Shown: positions 7,952 to 17,406 of the stretch, piece by piece
Layout: each line of letters starts with the position of its first letter
Position numbering within the stretch: the stretch's first letter is position 1
Assembly (NCBI RefSeq): GCF_000195975.1
Contig: NC_005070.1
Span: forward strand, 270,001-302,000
From: Parasynechococcus marenigrum WH 8102
GTDB taxonomy: Bacteria; Cyanobacteriota; Cyanobacteriia; PCC-6307; Cyanobiaceae
DNA length: 32,000 nucleotides
Direction of reading: 5' to 3'
The notes under the pieces: generated by a model
Databases searched by the model: none
What the model was told of the DNA's origin: nothing
What the model saw: only the letters and a program-made list of their open reading frames with translations
Translations under genes and position numbers: made by a program

Positions 7952-8506
7952 TCAACCGTGGCTGCGGGGACCAGCCGTCAGAGATGCCTGTTGAGGTGCG
8001 ACATCCGTGCGTTCACTGACACGACCCAGCCCCTGCAAGGACGGCAGTGGGGAGCCCTGAATCAGCGCATCGGCCAGAAGGGAGAGTTCCTGTTCCCGTC
8101 GCAGGCCAATGGAGCGGCCGACGGCATCACCCTCAGCATTGAACAGATTGAGCTGGGGGATGCCGTTGACGTCGTAGCGATCCACCAGGTCCTGCCAGCG
8201 CGGGTTGTCGACGTTCACCATCACCACATCCAGCTGTTGTTGCATGCTCTGCTCGAGCTTCAGCATCGCCGGCGCCATCTCGCGGCAGACCTGGCACCAG
8301 TCGGCATAGAACTCAATCATCGTCGGACGCCCGTTGCTGAGGGCGACGTCAGGAGTCATGGAACGCCGGGCCAGCTGTTCGAGAGGGGATCCGCTCTGCA
8401 ACCCACCCCGCATCATGGTGAGTCCAACAGCCAGGACGATGGCGGCCACCACAAGCACGATCCGTTGAACAGGACCCAGCAATGGTTGTGGAGAACTGCC
8501 TGTCAT
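7952..8506 (-). CDS. txlA: Membrane-anchored thioredoxin-like protein (TxlA-like thiol:disulfide interchange)
   Basis: Has the CxxC thioredoxin motif EFYADWCQVCREMAP and an N-terminal TM anchor (IVLVVAAIVLAVGLTMM). ATG is at 8506; the in-frame GTG at 8542 (track start) is an alternative. Confidence 0.8.
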   Translation of the reverse strand: MTGSSPQPLLGPVQRIVLVVAAIVLAVGLTMMRGGLQSGSPLEQLARRSMTPDVALSNGRPTMIEFYADWCQVCREMAPAMLKLEQSMQQQLDVVMVNVDNPRWQDLVDRYDVNGIPQLNLFNAEGDAVGRSIGLRREQELSLLADALIQGSPLPSLQGLGRVSERTDVAPQQASLTAGPRSHG

Positions 8507-8570
8507 GGCCTTGTCTGGGGGTGAAGCCACTTTGGCAGTCACCTCTGATCCCCGTGATTAGCGTGAGGCC

Positions 8571-9074
8571 ATGGGTTGTTTTGGGCTCCTGAACCTGCCG
8601 CTGCGGGCGCCGATGCTCAACGTGCTCTTCGGCGTCGCTGTGGTGATGGGCCACCAGTGGTCGATGGCCCAGATCCAGTTCATGCACTCCCGCAGCATCT
8701 CTCTAGAACTGCTGTTCGTTGTTGAAGGGGTTCAGCTGTTGGCGGTTCTGGTGATCTGCACCATGCCGGACTTGCTGATGCGGAGACTCTCGTTGGTGAT
8801 GGCGTCCAGTCGGGTCATGACCCTGCTAGTAACGCTGTTGATGGTGATTGTCCTTGGGATTTACCTGCTGAGGCTGAACTTGCTGTCTGATCTGCTGATC
8901 CTGGCTTCAGCGCTGTTGTTGGCGCGGCTTGATCTGGTCCGTCTTGGGGTGATGACTGCCCCCTGGCGCTCGCTGTTGCTGTTGGGATTCGTTCTCGTTG
9001 CCGGAATTGGACTTGGCCACTGTTTGCCCCATCCCCTCGGTGTGGTCGTCGCACCCGGGCCACGCGTCGTCTGA
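8571..9074 (+). CDS. Hypothetical multi-pass membrane protein
   Basis: 167-aa ORF with about 4 hydrophobic segments (LNVLFGVAVVMG; LLFVVEGVQLLAVLVICT; VMTLLVTLLMVIVLGIYLL; LLLLGFVLVAGIGLG). Codon usage is Leu/Val-rich and GC3-biased. It fills an otherwise 365-nt gap. Its 3' 168 nt overlap the slt tail. Confidence 0.45.
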   Translation: MGCFGLLNLPLRAPMLNVLFGVAVVMGHQWSMAQIQFMHSRSISLELLFVVEGVQLLAVLVICTMPDLLMRRLSLVMASSRVMTLLVTLLMVIVLGIYLLRLNLLSDLLILASALLLARLDLVRLGVMTAPWRSLLLLGFVLVAGIGLGHCLPHPLGVVVAPGPRVV

Positions 9075-11027
9075 GTAACCCAAAACATTGTCTAGAACTT
9101 TTTTGGTGTAGTAGCGGGTTTCGGCGTATGGAATCCGCTCCACCCAGAGTTCGATGTCCTCGTCGTTGCGCGGCTGAGGCCAGGAACGCACCGTGCCAGG
9201 GCCGGCGTTGTAGCTGGCAATGCTGAGGAAAGCATCCTCTTCCCAGAGCTGCAGCAGTGATCTCAGGTACGCAGCCCCGAGGGAAATGTTTGTAGAAGGC
9301 TCAATCAGCTCATGCTCCGAAAGCGGTTTCCCGGCGACGGAGGCGGCCGTTGCGGGCATGAGTTGCATCACACCAACGGCTCCAGCCATGGAACGCACGC
9401 CTGGAGAAAAGCGCGACTCCTGTTTTGCGATGGCCAGTAACAACCTTGGATCCACCCCGTGCTGTGTTGATGCGGACTGGATGGCTTGTTGGAAGACGAC
9501 AGGGTTCTGGCTCCGTTGCAGCAGCAGGCGCTGCCGACAGCTCGTTGGGACCCAGCGCACGCTGAGTCTCCAGAGCTGAGCGAGGCCGCGCCAGGGGTCA
9601 TCCACGCTGAGCCGCAGTCGTCCCTCCACTAGCTGCTCCTCTGCTGCCAAGGGGTCTCGGGGATCACGCAGGGACAGCCAGGCATCCCATGCCTGTTCGG
9701 TTAGCCCCAGCCTCCAGAGGGTGTTCACCTCTTGATAGCGACTGTTGAGAGGAGCCCACTCGGAGACGGGCAGGGTTGTTGATGGTTTATTCAGATGCAG
9801 GGGCTTGGCTTCACCCAGATGCACTTCTGCCCGCCAGCGGTAATACCCCGGGGGGTGGGTTTCGATCAATCGCCGCCAATGGTTTCTGGCGGCGGTGCTG
9901 TTGTCTGTCCGTTCTTCGCTGAGCCCCAACCAGAACAGTTGCCGTGCTTCCAGAGGAGGCGGCAGGGTGCCTGAAGGCAGGGCCATCAATAGGTCCCGGG
10001 CCCGTTCCCACTGCTTATCGAGCAGGGCAAAGCGAGCTTCATCCCACTGCAGCTGCCAGCTGTCGCGGTCGTCAGGCCAGCGTTTGAGCACGTTGATGGC
10101 GCCCCTGCCGGCATTGAGCCGAACCTGTGCCGCGGCCACAGCAGCGGAGCGCTCCGCCAGGGATGGCGGAATGGCTTCCACTCGTGCCGGGTCCGGCAGC
10201 AGGGGCTCCATCAGCAGACGAACAGCCTCATCACTGGCCAACGATTTCGGCTGTTGCTGGGTGAGCTCCAGCAGCATCTGTTCCCCTTCAATGTGTTGCT
10301 CCTCACCACCCCGCAACAGGGCCCGCCCCACGGCGAGCGCTGTCTCCGCTTCAGCTGCTTCCCCTTGCAGACAGTCCAAGGCGGAGGATCCGGCCCCGAG
10401 CATGGCCAAGGCCCAGGCAAGGCTCTGTCGCTCTGCCGGAGTCGGCTCACTTGCGCTGCAGGCTGATTTCAGTCGGTCCATCGCGCCCGGCCAGCGCCAA
10501 CCCCAACGCGCCAGATGGTGTGCCCCTTGATGCCCCCGTTCCGGGGTTGGCTCCAGGGCCACGGCGGTGGCCAGGGCTGCGGGGTGGGAGGGATACAGCT
10601 CAAGCAGCTCCTGACGCCGGACAGGGAACTGCTGCCGGGCTCTCGCGCTCACGGTTGTCTCCGGAAAGCGGCTCAGCAGTTGTTGCCAGAGAACGTCTGC
10701 CCCCTCGTCATTCCCCTGGCGCTGCTCTCTCTCGGCGGCAAGGGCCAGAGCAACGGCGGCCAGGGGATCGTCTCCCCAACCCTGCCCAGCCAGGGTCGGA
10801 CTGCTTTTGGCCATCAACAAGGCCGCTTCACGCCGGCGCAGAGGATCCACCGACCATCGATAGGTCTGCCACAACTGGATCGGTGTCGTCTTGGGGGTCA
10901 GCGCTGGCTGTCGTTCCCGCAGCAGGCGCTGGCCCATGACGGTGATCGTCAGGCTCAGTCCGGCCGTTGTGAGCAGAAGGGCGAAGAGGTTCCGGGGTCC
11001 TGCGGGCACGCTGTCGCCGGAACTCAT
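8907..11027 (-). CDS. slt: Soluble lytic murein transglycosylase (Slt70-like)
   Basis: C-terminal SLT domain LLLAIAKQESRFSPGVRSMAGAVGVMQLMPATA and SYNAGPG, with a long alpha-superhelical N-terminal region and an N-terminal anchor. ATG is at 11027; the track start at 11030 is GTG. Confidence 0.85.
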   Translation of the reverse strand: MSSGDSVPAGPRNLFALLLTTAGLSLTITVMGQRLLRERQPALTPKTTPIQLWQTYRWSVDPLRRREAALLMAKSSPTLAGQGWGDDPLAAVALALAAEREQRQGNDEGADVLWQQLLSRFPETTVSARARQQFPVRRQELLELYPSHPAALATAVALEPTPERGHQGAHHLARWGWRWPGAMDRLKSACSASEPTPAERQSLAWALAMLGAGSSALDCLQGEAAEAETALAVGRALLRGGEEQHIEGEQMLLELTQQQPKSLASDEAVRLLMEPLLPDPARVEAIPPSLAERSAAVAAAQVRLNAGRGAINVLKRWPDDRDSWQLQWDEARFALLDKQWERARDLLMALPSGTLPPPLEARQLFWLGLSEERTDNSTAARNHWRRLIETHPPGYYRWRAEVHLGEAKPLHLNKPSTTLPVSEWAPLNSRYQEVNTLWRLGLTEQAWDAWLSLRDPRDPLAAEEQLVEGRLRLSVDDPWRGLAQLWRLSVRWVPTSCRQRLLLQRSQNPVVFQQAIQSASTQHGVDPRLLLAIAKQESRFSPGVRSMAGAVGVMQLMPATAASVAGKPLSEHELIEPSTNISLGAAYLRSLLQLWEEDAFLSIASYNAGPGTVRSWPQPRNDEDIELWVERIPYAETRYYTKKVLDNVLGYSDDAWPGCDDHTEGMGQTVAKSNSGNENESQQQQRAPGGSHHPKTDQIKPRQQQR

Positions 11028-11125
11028 CACATTCTGCGTCCCGCTGAGGGCGGCAGGTCACCTGTCACCTGGGATGCGGAGCGCTCGGCCCATGGTTTGT
11101 AGTCTTCGATCCACGATTGAGACCC

Positions 11126-12514
11126 ATGGTTCAACGCGCCGTCCCGTCGATCGGGCCCTCGCTCGGGTCTTCAGCGCCAGGTTTCGGCACGGACGGCATC
11201 CGGGGACGTGCCGGCACCGAGCTCTCACCGGCCCTCTGTCTGCAGGTGGGTTACTGGATCGGTCGCGTGCTCAAGGCCGATGGTCCGGTGTTGATCGGGA
11301 TGGATTCCCGCAGCAGCGGCAGCATGCTGGTGGCGGCTTTGACCGCAGGACTGACGGCGGCGGGTCGAGATGTCTGGGAGCTTGGCCTCTGTGCCACGCC
11401 GGCGGTTCCCCTGCTGATCCGTGAGGTGGGTGCCGCCGGTGGATTGATGGTCTCGGCCAGTCACAACCCCCCCGCCGACAACGGCATCAAGGTGTTTGGT
11501 GCCGATGGCACGAAGCTGAGCGCCGAGCGTCAGGCCCGGGTGGAGACCGGCCTGCGGGGTGAGGTCGAGGACGATGGCCCCAGCCGCTGTGGTCGCTCGG
11601 TTCAGCGGCAGGACCTGCTCAGGTCGTATCAGGACAAGTTGCTGAGTTCGGTGGGGGATCGGCGGCTCAATGGTGTCCCGATCGTTCTTGATCTCTGCTG
11701 GGGTTCAGCGACGGCCTGTGCCGCTGAGGTGTTTCAAACCCTCGGCGCAGACCTGACGGTGCTGCATGGCCAGCCGGATGGGGAACGGATCAATGTGGCT
11801 TGTGGTTCAACTCAGCTGGATCCCCTGCGCCAGGCCGTGGTGGCCCAAGGGGCGGTGATGGGCTTCGCCTTTGACGGTGACGCCGATCGGATGCTGGCGG
11901 TCGATGCCCGCGGTCGGGTGGTTGATGGAGACCATGTGTTGTACCTCTGGGGATCGGTGCTCCAGGACCAGAAGGCGCTTCCCGGCGATCGACTGGTTGC
12001 CACGGTGATGTCCAACCTGGGATTTGAGCGGGCCTGGGAGCGTCGCGGCGGTGAACTTGAGCGCACGCCCGTCGGCGACCAGCATGTTCATGCCGCGATG
12101 GTGGCCAACGGTGCAGCCCTTGGGGGTGAGCAGTCTGGCCACATCTTGGCGGCATCCCATGGGCTCTGCGGTGATGGGGTGCTGACGGCGCTGCAGCTGG
12201 CGACGCTGTGCCATGGCCAGGACATCGCCTTGAGCGACTGGTTGGATCGCAGTTTCAAGGCCTATCCCCAGAAGCTGGTGAATGTGACGGTTCCGGACCG
12301 AGCCCGCCGCAAGGGATGGTCCAGTTGCATGCCGCTTCAGGAGGCGGTGCTACAGGCGGAGGCGAGCATGGGTGCAGCTGGGCGGGTGCTGGTGCGGGCC
12401 AGCGGCACCGAACCGGTACTGCGGGTGATGGTGGAATCAGAAGACCAGTCGCTGGTGGACCGCTGGACCCAGCATCTAGCTGCCATGGCCGACGAGCACC
12501 TCAACGCGGCCTGA
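11126..12514 (+). CDS. glmM: Phosphoglucosamine mutase
   Basis: FGTDGIRG, the active-site loop SASHNPPADNGIKV, the metal site FDGDADR, and GEQSGH. ATG is at 11126; the track start at 11117 is TTG. Confidence 0.95.
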   Translation: MVQRAVPSIGPSLGSSAPGFGTDGIRGRAGTELSPALCLQVGYWIGRVLKADGPVLIGMDSRSSGSMLVAALTAGLTAAGRDVWELGLCATPAVPLLIREVGAAGGLMVSASHNPPADNGIKVFGADGTKLSAERQARVETGLRGEVEDDGPSRCGRSVQRQDLLRSYQDKLLSSVGDRRLNGVPIVLDLCWGSATACAAEVFQTLGADLTVLHGQPDGERINVACGSTQLDPLRQAVVAQGAVMGFAFDGDADRMLAVDARGRVVDGDHVLYLWGSVLQDQKALPGDRLVATVMSNLGFERAWERRGGELERTPVGDQHVHAAMVANGAALGGEQSGHILAASHGLCGDGVLTALQLATLCHGQDIALSDWLDRSFKAYPQKLVNVTVPDRARRKGWSSCMPLQEAVLQAEASMGAAGRVLVRASGTEPVLRVMVESEDQSLVDRWTQHLAAMADEHLNAA

Positions 12515-13439
12515 GCACCAGCTCGCGGGCCATGGTGAGTGCGCCCCAGCAGGCATCGGAGGCAGCTGGGGCCCAGCGTGCGCCCGGGATCTCAGCGATG
12601 ATCCCCACCTCAACCGCCCGTTGGACGCTGCCCTGGTGTTGCAGCACGCCGCCGAGCCCCGCCACCGCCGGCTGCGGTAGCGCGAGTTCCCTGGCCACGG
12701 TGGCAGCGCAGCTCACCAGAGCCGAAGCTGATCGTTGGAGGATGTCCTGAGCGGCCGGAAGGCCTGCATCAGCCGCTGCGACCAGCAGTGGTGCCAGGGC
12801 GGCCAGGTCCGCAGCAGTGCGCGACGGTTGAACCACCCAGGCTTTGACATCGGTATGGTCGCGGCAGCCCAGCTGCTCCCACATCCGCTGGCGCAGGGGG
12901 TGGTCCGGCCGTCGCCCATCGGCCATCTGCAGGGTGAGTTGCAACCCCTGATGGCCCAAATCAAAGGCGGAACCCGCGCCATCGAGCATCCAGCCCCAAC
13001 CCCCGCAGCGGTGTTCTTTCCCCTGGTGGTCTCTGCCGAGGCAGATCATGCCGGTGCCGCTGATCAGGATGATTCCATCCCCGTCAGGGAAGGCTCCCCG
13101 CAGCGCGGTGCGCTCGTCGCCCGTGGCCAGGACTCTGTCCTCGGGAAGAGACAAGGCATCTGCCAGCAGGGCAGTGGCTTTCGGTTGCAGGGCTGAGCCC
13201 TGCTCGATTCCGCTGGCACCGATCACGGCGGCATCCAGTCTTCGTTCCCCTTCACCCTCAAAGGCGGATGTCAGGCTGGTGAGCACGGCCTGACGGAACC
13301 GCTCAGCTCCGCCAGAGGCCTCGAGGTGGGACACCCCAGGACCTGAACTCTCACCGATGATCTGCCAGCCGACCTCTTGCCAGAGGCAGACCCGGCAGCG
13401 GGTGCTGGTCTGGCCGGCATCGAATCCTGCGAGCAGCAT
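12501..13439 (-). CDS. BadF/BadG/BcrA/BcrD-type ATPase, N-acetylglucosamine-kinase-like
   Basis: GFDAGQTSTR, ILISGTGMICLG and GGWGWMLDGAGSAFDLG are ASKHA-fold motifs typical of GlcNAc kinase-like proteins. The ATG at 13439 shares one nt with the ictB stop (TGATG). Confidence 0.7.
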   Translation of the reverse strand: MLLAGFDAGQTSTRCRVCLWQEVGWQIIGESSGPGVSHLEASGGAERFRQAVLTSLTSAFEGEGERRLDAAVIGASGIEQGSALQPKATALLADALSLPEDRVLATGDERTALRGAFPDGDGIILISGTGMICLGRDHQGKEHRCGGWGWMLDGAGSAFDLGHQGLQLTLQMADGRRPDHPLRQRMWEQLGCRDHTDVKAWVVQPSRTAADLAALAPLLVAAADAGLPAAQDILQRSASALVSCAATVARELALPQPAVAGLGGVLQHQGSVQRAVEVGIIAEIPGARWAPAASDACWGALTMARELVLRPR

Positions 13440-14734
13440 CAATCCCGCAACCAGGTGGCGCCGAGGCTGGCGAGAGCGAACCAGCCGATCAGTTGCACCT
13501 CCGGCCGGAAGAAGATCGTGTCTGTGATGCCTTGGGTGAGCAGCCCGGCGATGGCGGCGAGGCTGCCGATGGCGATCAACCCCTGCTGCCCGTGGATGCG
13601 GAGGCCGCGCTGGATGCTGCTCAGCAGCAGTCCCAGGCAGGCCAGCAGCCCAGGGATACCGGTCTCAACCAGGATCTCCAACGGCACGGAGTATGCGCTG
13701 AGGGCATCGAACTTCGGCTGCTGATACAGCGGATAGATGCTGTTAAAGGCGGCATTGCCGGGCCCGATGCCGAGCCAGGGGCGGTCCTGAACCATCTCGA
13801 TGGCCGCCAGCCACACGTTGATACGGAAGTTGTTGGAGCTGTCACCGCGACCAGCCACCAGGCTCAGCACCCGGGTGCGGATCGGGTCCAGTTGGGTGAT
13901 CGCCAGGGCCAGCGCGATGCCGGCGATCAGTAGGGCGGCCAGGGGCAGCAAACGTCGCCACAGCGGCGGCCAGTGGGCTGTAGTTCTGAGCAGGATCAGC
14001 ATGCCCGCCAGGGCCAGGGCCGCCAGCAGGCCCAGCCAGCCTCCACGGCTGTAGGTGAAGACGGTGGCGCTGCCCGCCAGCAGCGCCGTCACCGCAGCGA
14101 GGAGGCGACAACTCAGCCGCTTCCAGCGCAGTACTGCAATGCACGCCAGGGGCACCAGCGGCAGGAGATAGCCCGCCAGAAGGTTGGGGTTACCGAGTGG
14201 TCCGTAGATGCGAATCGTGCCGGCACTGACGGAGTTGGGATCGGCCCAGCCGGCGAGCTCGTCGGTGGAGGCATACAACTGCCGCAGTGCCAGAACACTG
14301 CTGAATAGCCCTCCCCCCAGCAGCGCGGCCAGCAGTCGGTCCCACCAGACGATCTGCCGTTCCAGCAGGGTACGCATCAGGGCGTACACGCCCAGATAGC
14401 TGGTCAGCTTCAGCAGGCCTTTGGCGGCAGCGATCGGAACGGGGGAGAAGCCTGTGCAGACCCAGGCGATGGCGAGGTACAGCAGCACCCAGCGGCTGAT
14501 GGCACCGAGGCGTTTGGCGGGGGTGATCAATGACCACAACAGCCAAAGCAGGCCAGCCGCTGCAAGTTCCAGCCCCAGGCCACTGCGGCTGACGAACGGC
14601 AGGCTGCCTAGCAGCAACATCAGCACCACGCCCGACAGCAGCTCCAGCCGTTGCTGCACGGACGCTGTTGGCGTCAGACACCCCTGCCAACGCAGCAGCA
14701 AAGGGATGGATCGCTGATCTGTGGCATCGGCCAT
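13439..14734 (-). CDS. ictB: IctB-family polytopic membrane protein (O-antigen ligase / Wzy_C-like)
   Basis: Strong resemblance to Synechococcus IctB as I recall it: YGPLGNPNLLAGYL, TYSRGGWLG and GRGDSSNNFRINVWLAAIEMVQDRPWLGIGPGNAAFNSIYPLYQQ. It has many TM segments. Confidence 0.8.
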   Translation of the reverse strand: MADATDQRSIPLLLRWQGCLTPTASVQQRLELLSGVVLMLLLGSLPFVSRSGLGLELAAAGLLWLLWSLITPAKRLGAISRWVLLYLAIAWVCTGFSPVPIAAAKGLLKLTSYLGVYALMRTLLERQIVWWDRLLAALLGGGLFSSVLALRQLYASTDELAGWADPNSVSAGTIRIYGPLGNPNLLAGYLLPLVPLACIAVLRWKRLSCRLLAAVTALLAGSATVFTYSRGGWLGLLAALALAGMLILLRTTAHWPPLWRRLLPLAALLIAGIALALAITQLDPIRTRVLSLVAGRGDSSNNFRINVWLAAIEMVQDRPWLGIGPGNAAFNSIYPLYQQPKFDALSAYSVPLEILVETGIPGLLACLGLLLSSIQRGLRIHGQQGLIAIGSLAAIAGLLTQGITDTIFFRPEVQLIGWFALASLGATWLRD

Positions 14735-14737
14735 CGC

Positions 14738-15448
14738 TCAGATGTCGGTGAAGACCGTTTCAGCGGGATTATCGAGCTCCTGCCAACGGCTTTTCAGTGC
14801 CTCTGGATCAGGGAGTGGAGATGCGTTGCGTCGATACAGCACGCGGTACACCGGGAGGTTCTTCTCAAGAACGTATTGCTCCCGTTCCGTGGGAACGGGG
14901 AGTGGGTTGTCTGCCCGCCAAGGTCTGGCATCCGATTCCGGCCGAGTGAAACAACCGCTGAGTTCGGTGAGGGCGACCATCGGTTCGATGACTGCCAGCA
15001 CGTCGCTCTGCAGAAACAGCTCCCGCCCGGGCTGAAGAGCGGCTGCGATGGCCAGCAGCAGGGCCGGCTGCAGCACCCGCCGCTTGCGATGCCTCCGCTT
15101 GAACCATGGGTCGGGGAATTGCACTGAGACCCGCTGCAATCGGTCGTTCGGCAGCGCTGCAAGCCAGCTCTCCAAGCTGATGTTGGCGTTGCAGAACAGC
15201 ACCCGCACATTGCCGCTGCCGCTGTTGAGGGCATCACGGTCGGCGGCGGTTACCAGGGGGCGACGGATCTCCACGCCCAGGTGGTTCCAGCCGGGGTTCA
15301 GTTCAGCCAGGCCCAGGATGCAGCGTCCACGGGCACAGCCGATGTCGAGGTGAATCGGTTGCTCGGGATGGTCGAACAGCTCACCTGGAGATGGCAGCTG
15401 CAGCGGCAGCTGGAAGAAGCGGCTAAGGGGATTGACGTGCTGGCGCAA
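14738..15448 (-). CDS. trmB: tRNA (guanine46-N7)-methyltransferase
   Basis: (M)RQHVNPLS N-terminus, [11 protein letters not shown] motif and [14 protein letters not shown] signature. The only start codon upstream of these conserved N-terminal residues is TTG at 15448..15446. Confidence 0.9.
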   Translation of the reverse strand: MRQHVNPLSRFFQLPLQLPSPGELFDHPEQPIHLDIGCARGRCILGLAELNPGWNHLGVEIRRPLVTAADRDALNSGSGNVRVLFCNANISLESWLAALPNDRLQRVSVQFPDPWFKRRHRKRRVLQPALLLAIAAALQPGRELFLQSDVLAVIEPMVALTELSGCFTRPESDARPWRADNPLPVPTEREQYVLEKNLPVYRVLYRRNASPLPDPEALKSRWQELDNPAETVFTDI

Positions 15449-15451
15449 CGC

Positions 15452-16723
15452 TCAATCGGCATTGGAGGGTGGATCCTGCCTCAGCAACCCCCAACAGGCG
15501 GTGTAGCCATGAAGATGCGTGGATCCCGCTACTGGACCGATTTCCCCGTTGCAGAAGGCACCGGCCATCGGCAGGTCCGGCATCACGGTGCGGCCCAGGT
15601 TCACATCTCCATCCGGTTGACCGAATAATCCCTGGCCACGCCCCAGGCAGGCCATCAGCAGGCCGAACAACGGCGCTGATCCAGCGCTTTCGGTGGAAGA
15701 GCGCAGCAGGCTGAGCGCTTCGTTGCGGGAGGCATCGGCCTCCCGCAGCTGGAACTGGACATTCATGCCGGGGCGCACCCGATCAGCGACGGCAACGGCG
15801 CCGTTGTTGGGGTCCACCCCAATCAGATTGCGGACCAGAAAGGCTCCACCGGCAGCATCCAGACGGTTGGGCGTGAGCTGCAGGTTGCGGCGTTCGATCC
15901 CGAGGAAGAGGGAGTGACGCACCTGATCCCGTTCCTCCTCGCTCAGGTCGGCAAGGATTCGCTGCAGGCAGGCCACTGGAGTGTCACGACGCTCGCCATC
16001 ACTGAGTTCCAATACGACGTTGCGTTGGACCTGTTCGATCGCAAAAACCGGACCGATCGGTCTGCACCCCTGAGCCACCACGCTGTCCAGTCGCCAATCG
16101 CCGCCGATGGAACAGATCACCGCACCGGTCACTACCCGGTCATCGAACAGCAATGAGCCGTGGGGCGCATTGTGCGGGCAGGCGATCCCGCCAATTTTCT
16201 CGGCGCCTGGAAAGGCGTAGTCCATGCCGCTGATCAGATCGTTGATGTTGCTGCTGGTGGGATCGATCAGCAGGATCTGGCTGCGGCAGTGCTGGGGGTT
16301 GAGGCCACTCCACTCCTGCCATGTCTGTGCTGAACCGTCGAGATCCGGCAGTGAGGTCGTGGAAAGAGCCACGCTGTCGATCGCGGCCCCAGGCAGACTC
16401 AGCAGAGTCACGCTGAGGGACGGTGCCTGCTCGATTTCGGCGGCAGTGCCGTCAGCTCGGGTTCCAACAACGCCCCCGCCGGCTGCTCCGAGCCAGTGCC
16501 TGGAGCTCAACTCCCGTCGTAAGAGGGGCAATAACCGTGGCAGATCGCTGGCGTAGGCGGTCGACGCGAACACCAGAGCAAGATCTGCTTCTCCGCGCCG
16601 GCCCAACTGGCTGACCACATCGCGAACGGCTTCCTCCATGGAAGGGCGAGTGGAGAGGGCCGACCGACAACTGGGTGTTGAGGTTGCTGCTCGGAACCAG
16701 TCGAGAGGAGAGAACGTGCCCAT
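15452..16723 (-). CDS. FIST-domain (FIST_N + FIST_C) putative sensory protein
   Basis: About 420-aa soluble protein. ADLALVFASTAYA near the N-terminus and C-terminal MAGAFCNGEIGPVAGSTHLHGYTA match my recollection of FIST_N/FIST_C. ATG is at 16723; GTG at 16753 is an alternative. Confidence 0.65.
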   Translation of the reverse strand: MGTFSPLDWFRAATSTPSCRSALSTRPSMEEAVRDVVSQLGRRGEADLALVFASTAYASDLPRLLPLLRRELSSRHWLGAAGGGVVGTRADGTAAEIEQAPSLSVTLLSLPGAAIDSVALSTTSLPDLDGSAQTWQEWSGLNPQHCRSQILLIDPTSSNINDLISGMDYAFPGAEKIGGIACPHNAPHGSLLFDDRVVTGAVICSIGGDWRLDSVVAQGCRPIGPVFAIEQVQRNVVLELSDGERRDTPVACLQRILADLSEEERDQVRHSLFLGIERRNLQLTPNRLDAAGGAFLVRNLIGVDPNNGAVAVADRVRPGMNVQFQLREADASRNEALSLLRSSTESAGSAPLFGLLMACLGRGQGLFGQPDGDVNLGRTVMPDLPMAGAFCNGEIGPVAGSTHLHGYTACWGLLRQDPPSNAD

Positions 16724-16770
16724 GAACTGGACCCTATCAATCCCCGGCAGCACGGTGCTGGAGATCGATA

Positions 16771-17406
16771 ATGGCTCGACTCCTAGTTGCCGTTGTGAAC
16801 GAGCTTTCCTACAGGGCCCTGGTGTGGCTCACCTACAGGCTGGCGGCGTCGGTAGCCCTGGGATTGCCTCTGGTGCTGCTGATCTGGTCAGCCTGGCGGC
16901 GTGAACCTGTGGTGCAGCGACTGCTGGGTTTGTATTGGAAAGTGGCCAGCTTGATGGGGATCAGCCTGCTGTTGCTCACCGATGAGCGCCCGCTGGGTTA
17001 TGTGACCGCTCTGGTCGCCCCCGTGCTGATGGTGGTGAGTGTCTGGTTCTGGGTGGACCTCAACGAGGAACTGGCGGACCAGCCCCCCTGGCGCCCCTTG
17101 CCGCTGACGGTGCGTCTCTGGCGATGGGCCCTCAGCGGATTTGGTGTGATCAGTTTGGTGATGACTGCCACGGGGCTGCGATGCATGCAGTCCCAATCCA
17201 GCCCTGACTGCTCCGCCTGGCTGGAAGCACCGCAGGGCATTCATCGGGGGGTTGAAACGGTGTTTGATTTCGTTTTTGGAGGTCAGTGGACTGAGGCCGT
17301 CGCGGCGTTCGTCGGTTATGTGGCGCTGGTGGCTTACCTCGCTGGACTGCTCCAGTGGCTACTGGTGCGTTTACCCCGCTACGGCCGTGTCGCCGGTGAG
17401 TTCTGA
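16771..17406 (+). CDS. Conserved hypothetical integral membrane protein
   Basis: 211 aa with about 5 hydrophobic helices and coding-like codon usage. Divergent from the FIST gene. Its stop overlaps the next start (TGATG). Confidence 0.6.
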   Translation: MARLLVAVVNELSYRALVWLTYRLAASVALGLPLVLLIWSAWRREPVVQRLLGLYWKVASLMGISLLLLTDERPLGYVTALVAPVLMVVSVWFWVDLNEELADQPPWRPLPLTVRLWRWALSGFGVISLVMTATGLRCMQSQSSPDCSAWLEAPQGIHRGVETVFDFVFGGQWTEAVAAFVGYVALVAYLAGLLQWLLVRLPRYGRVAGEF

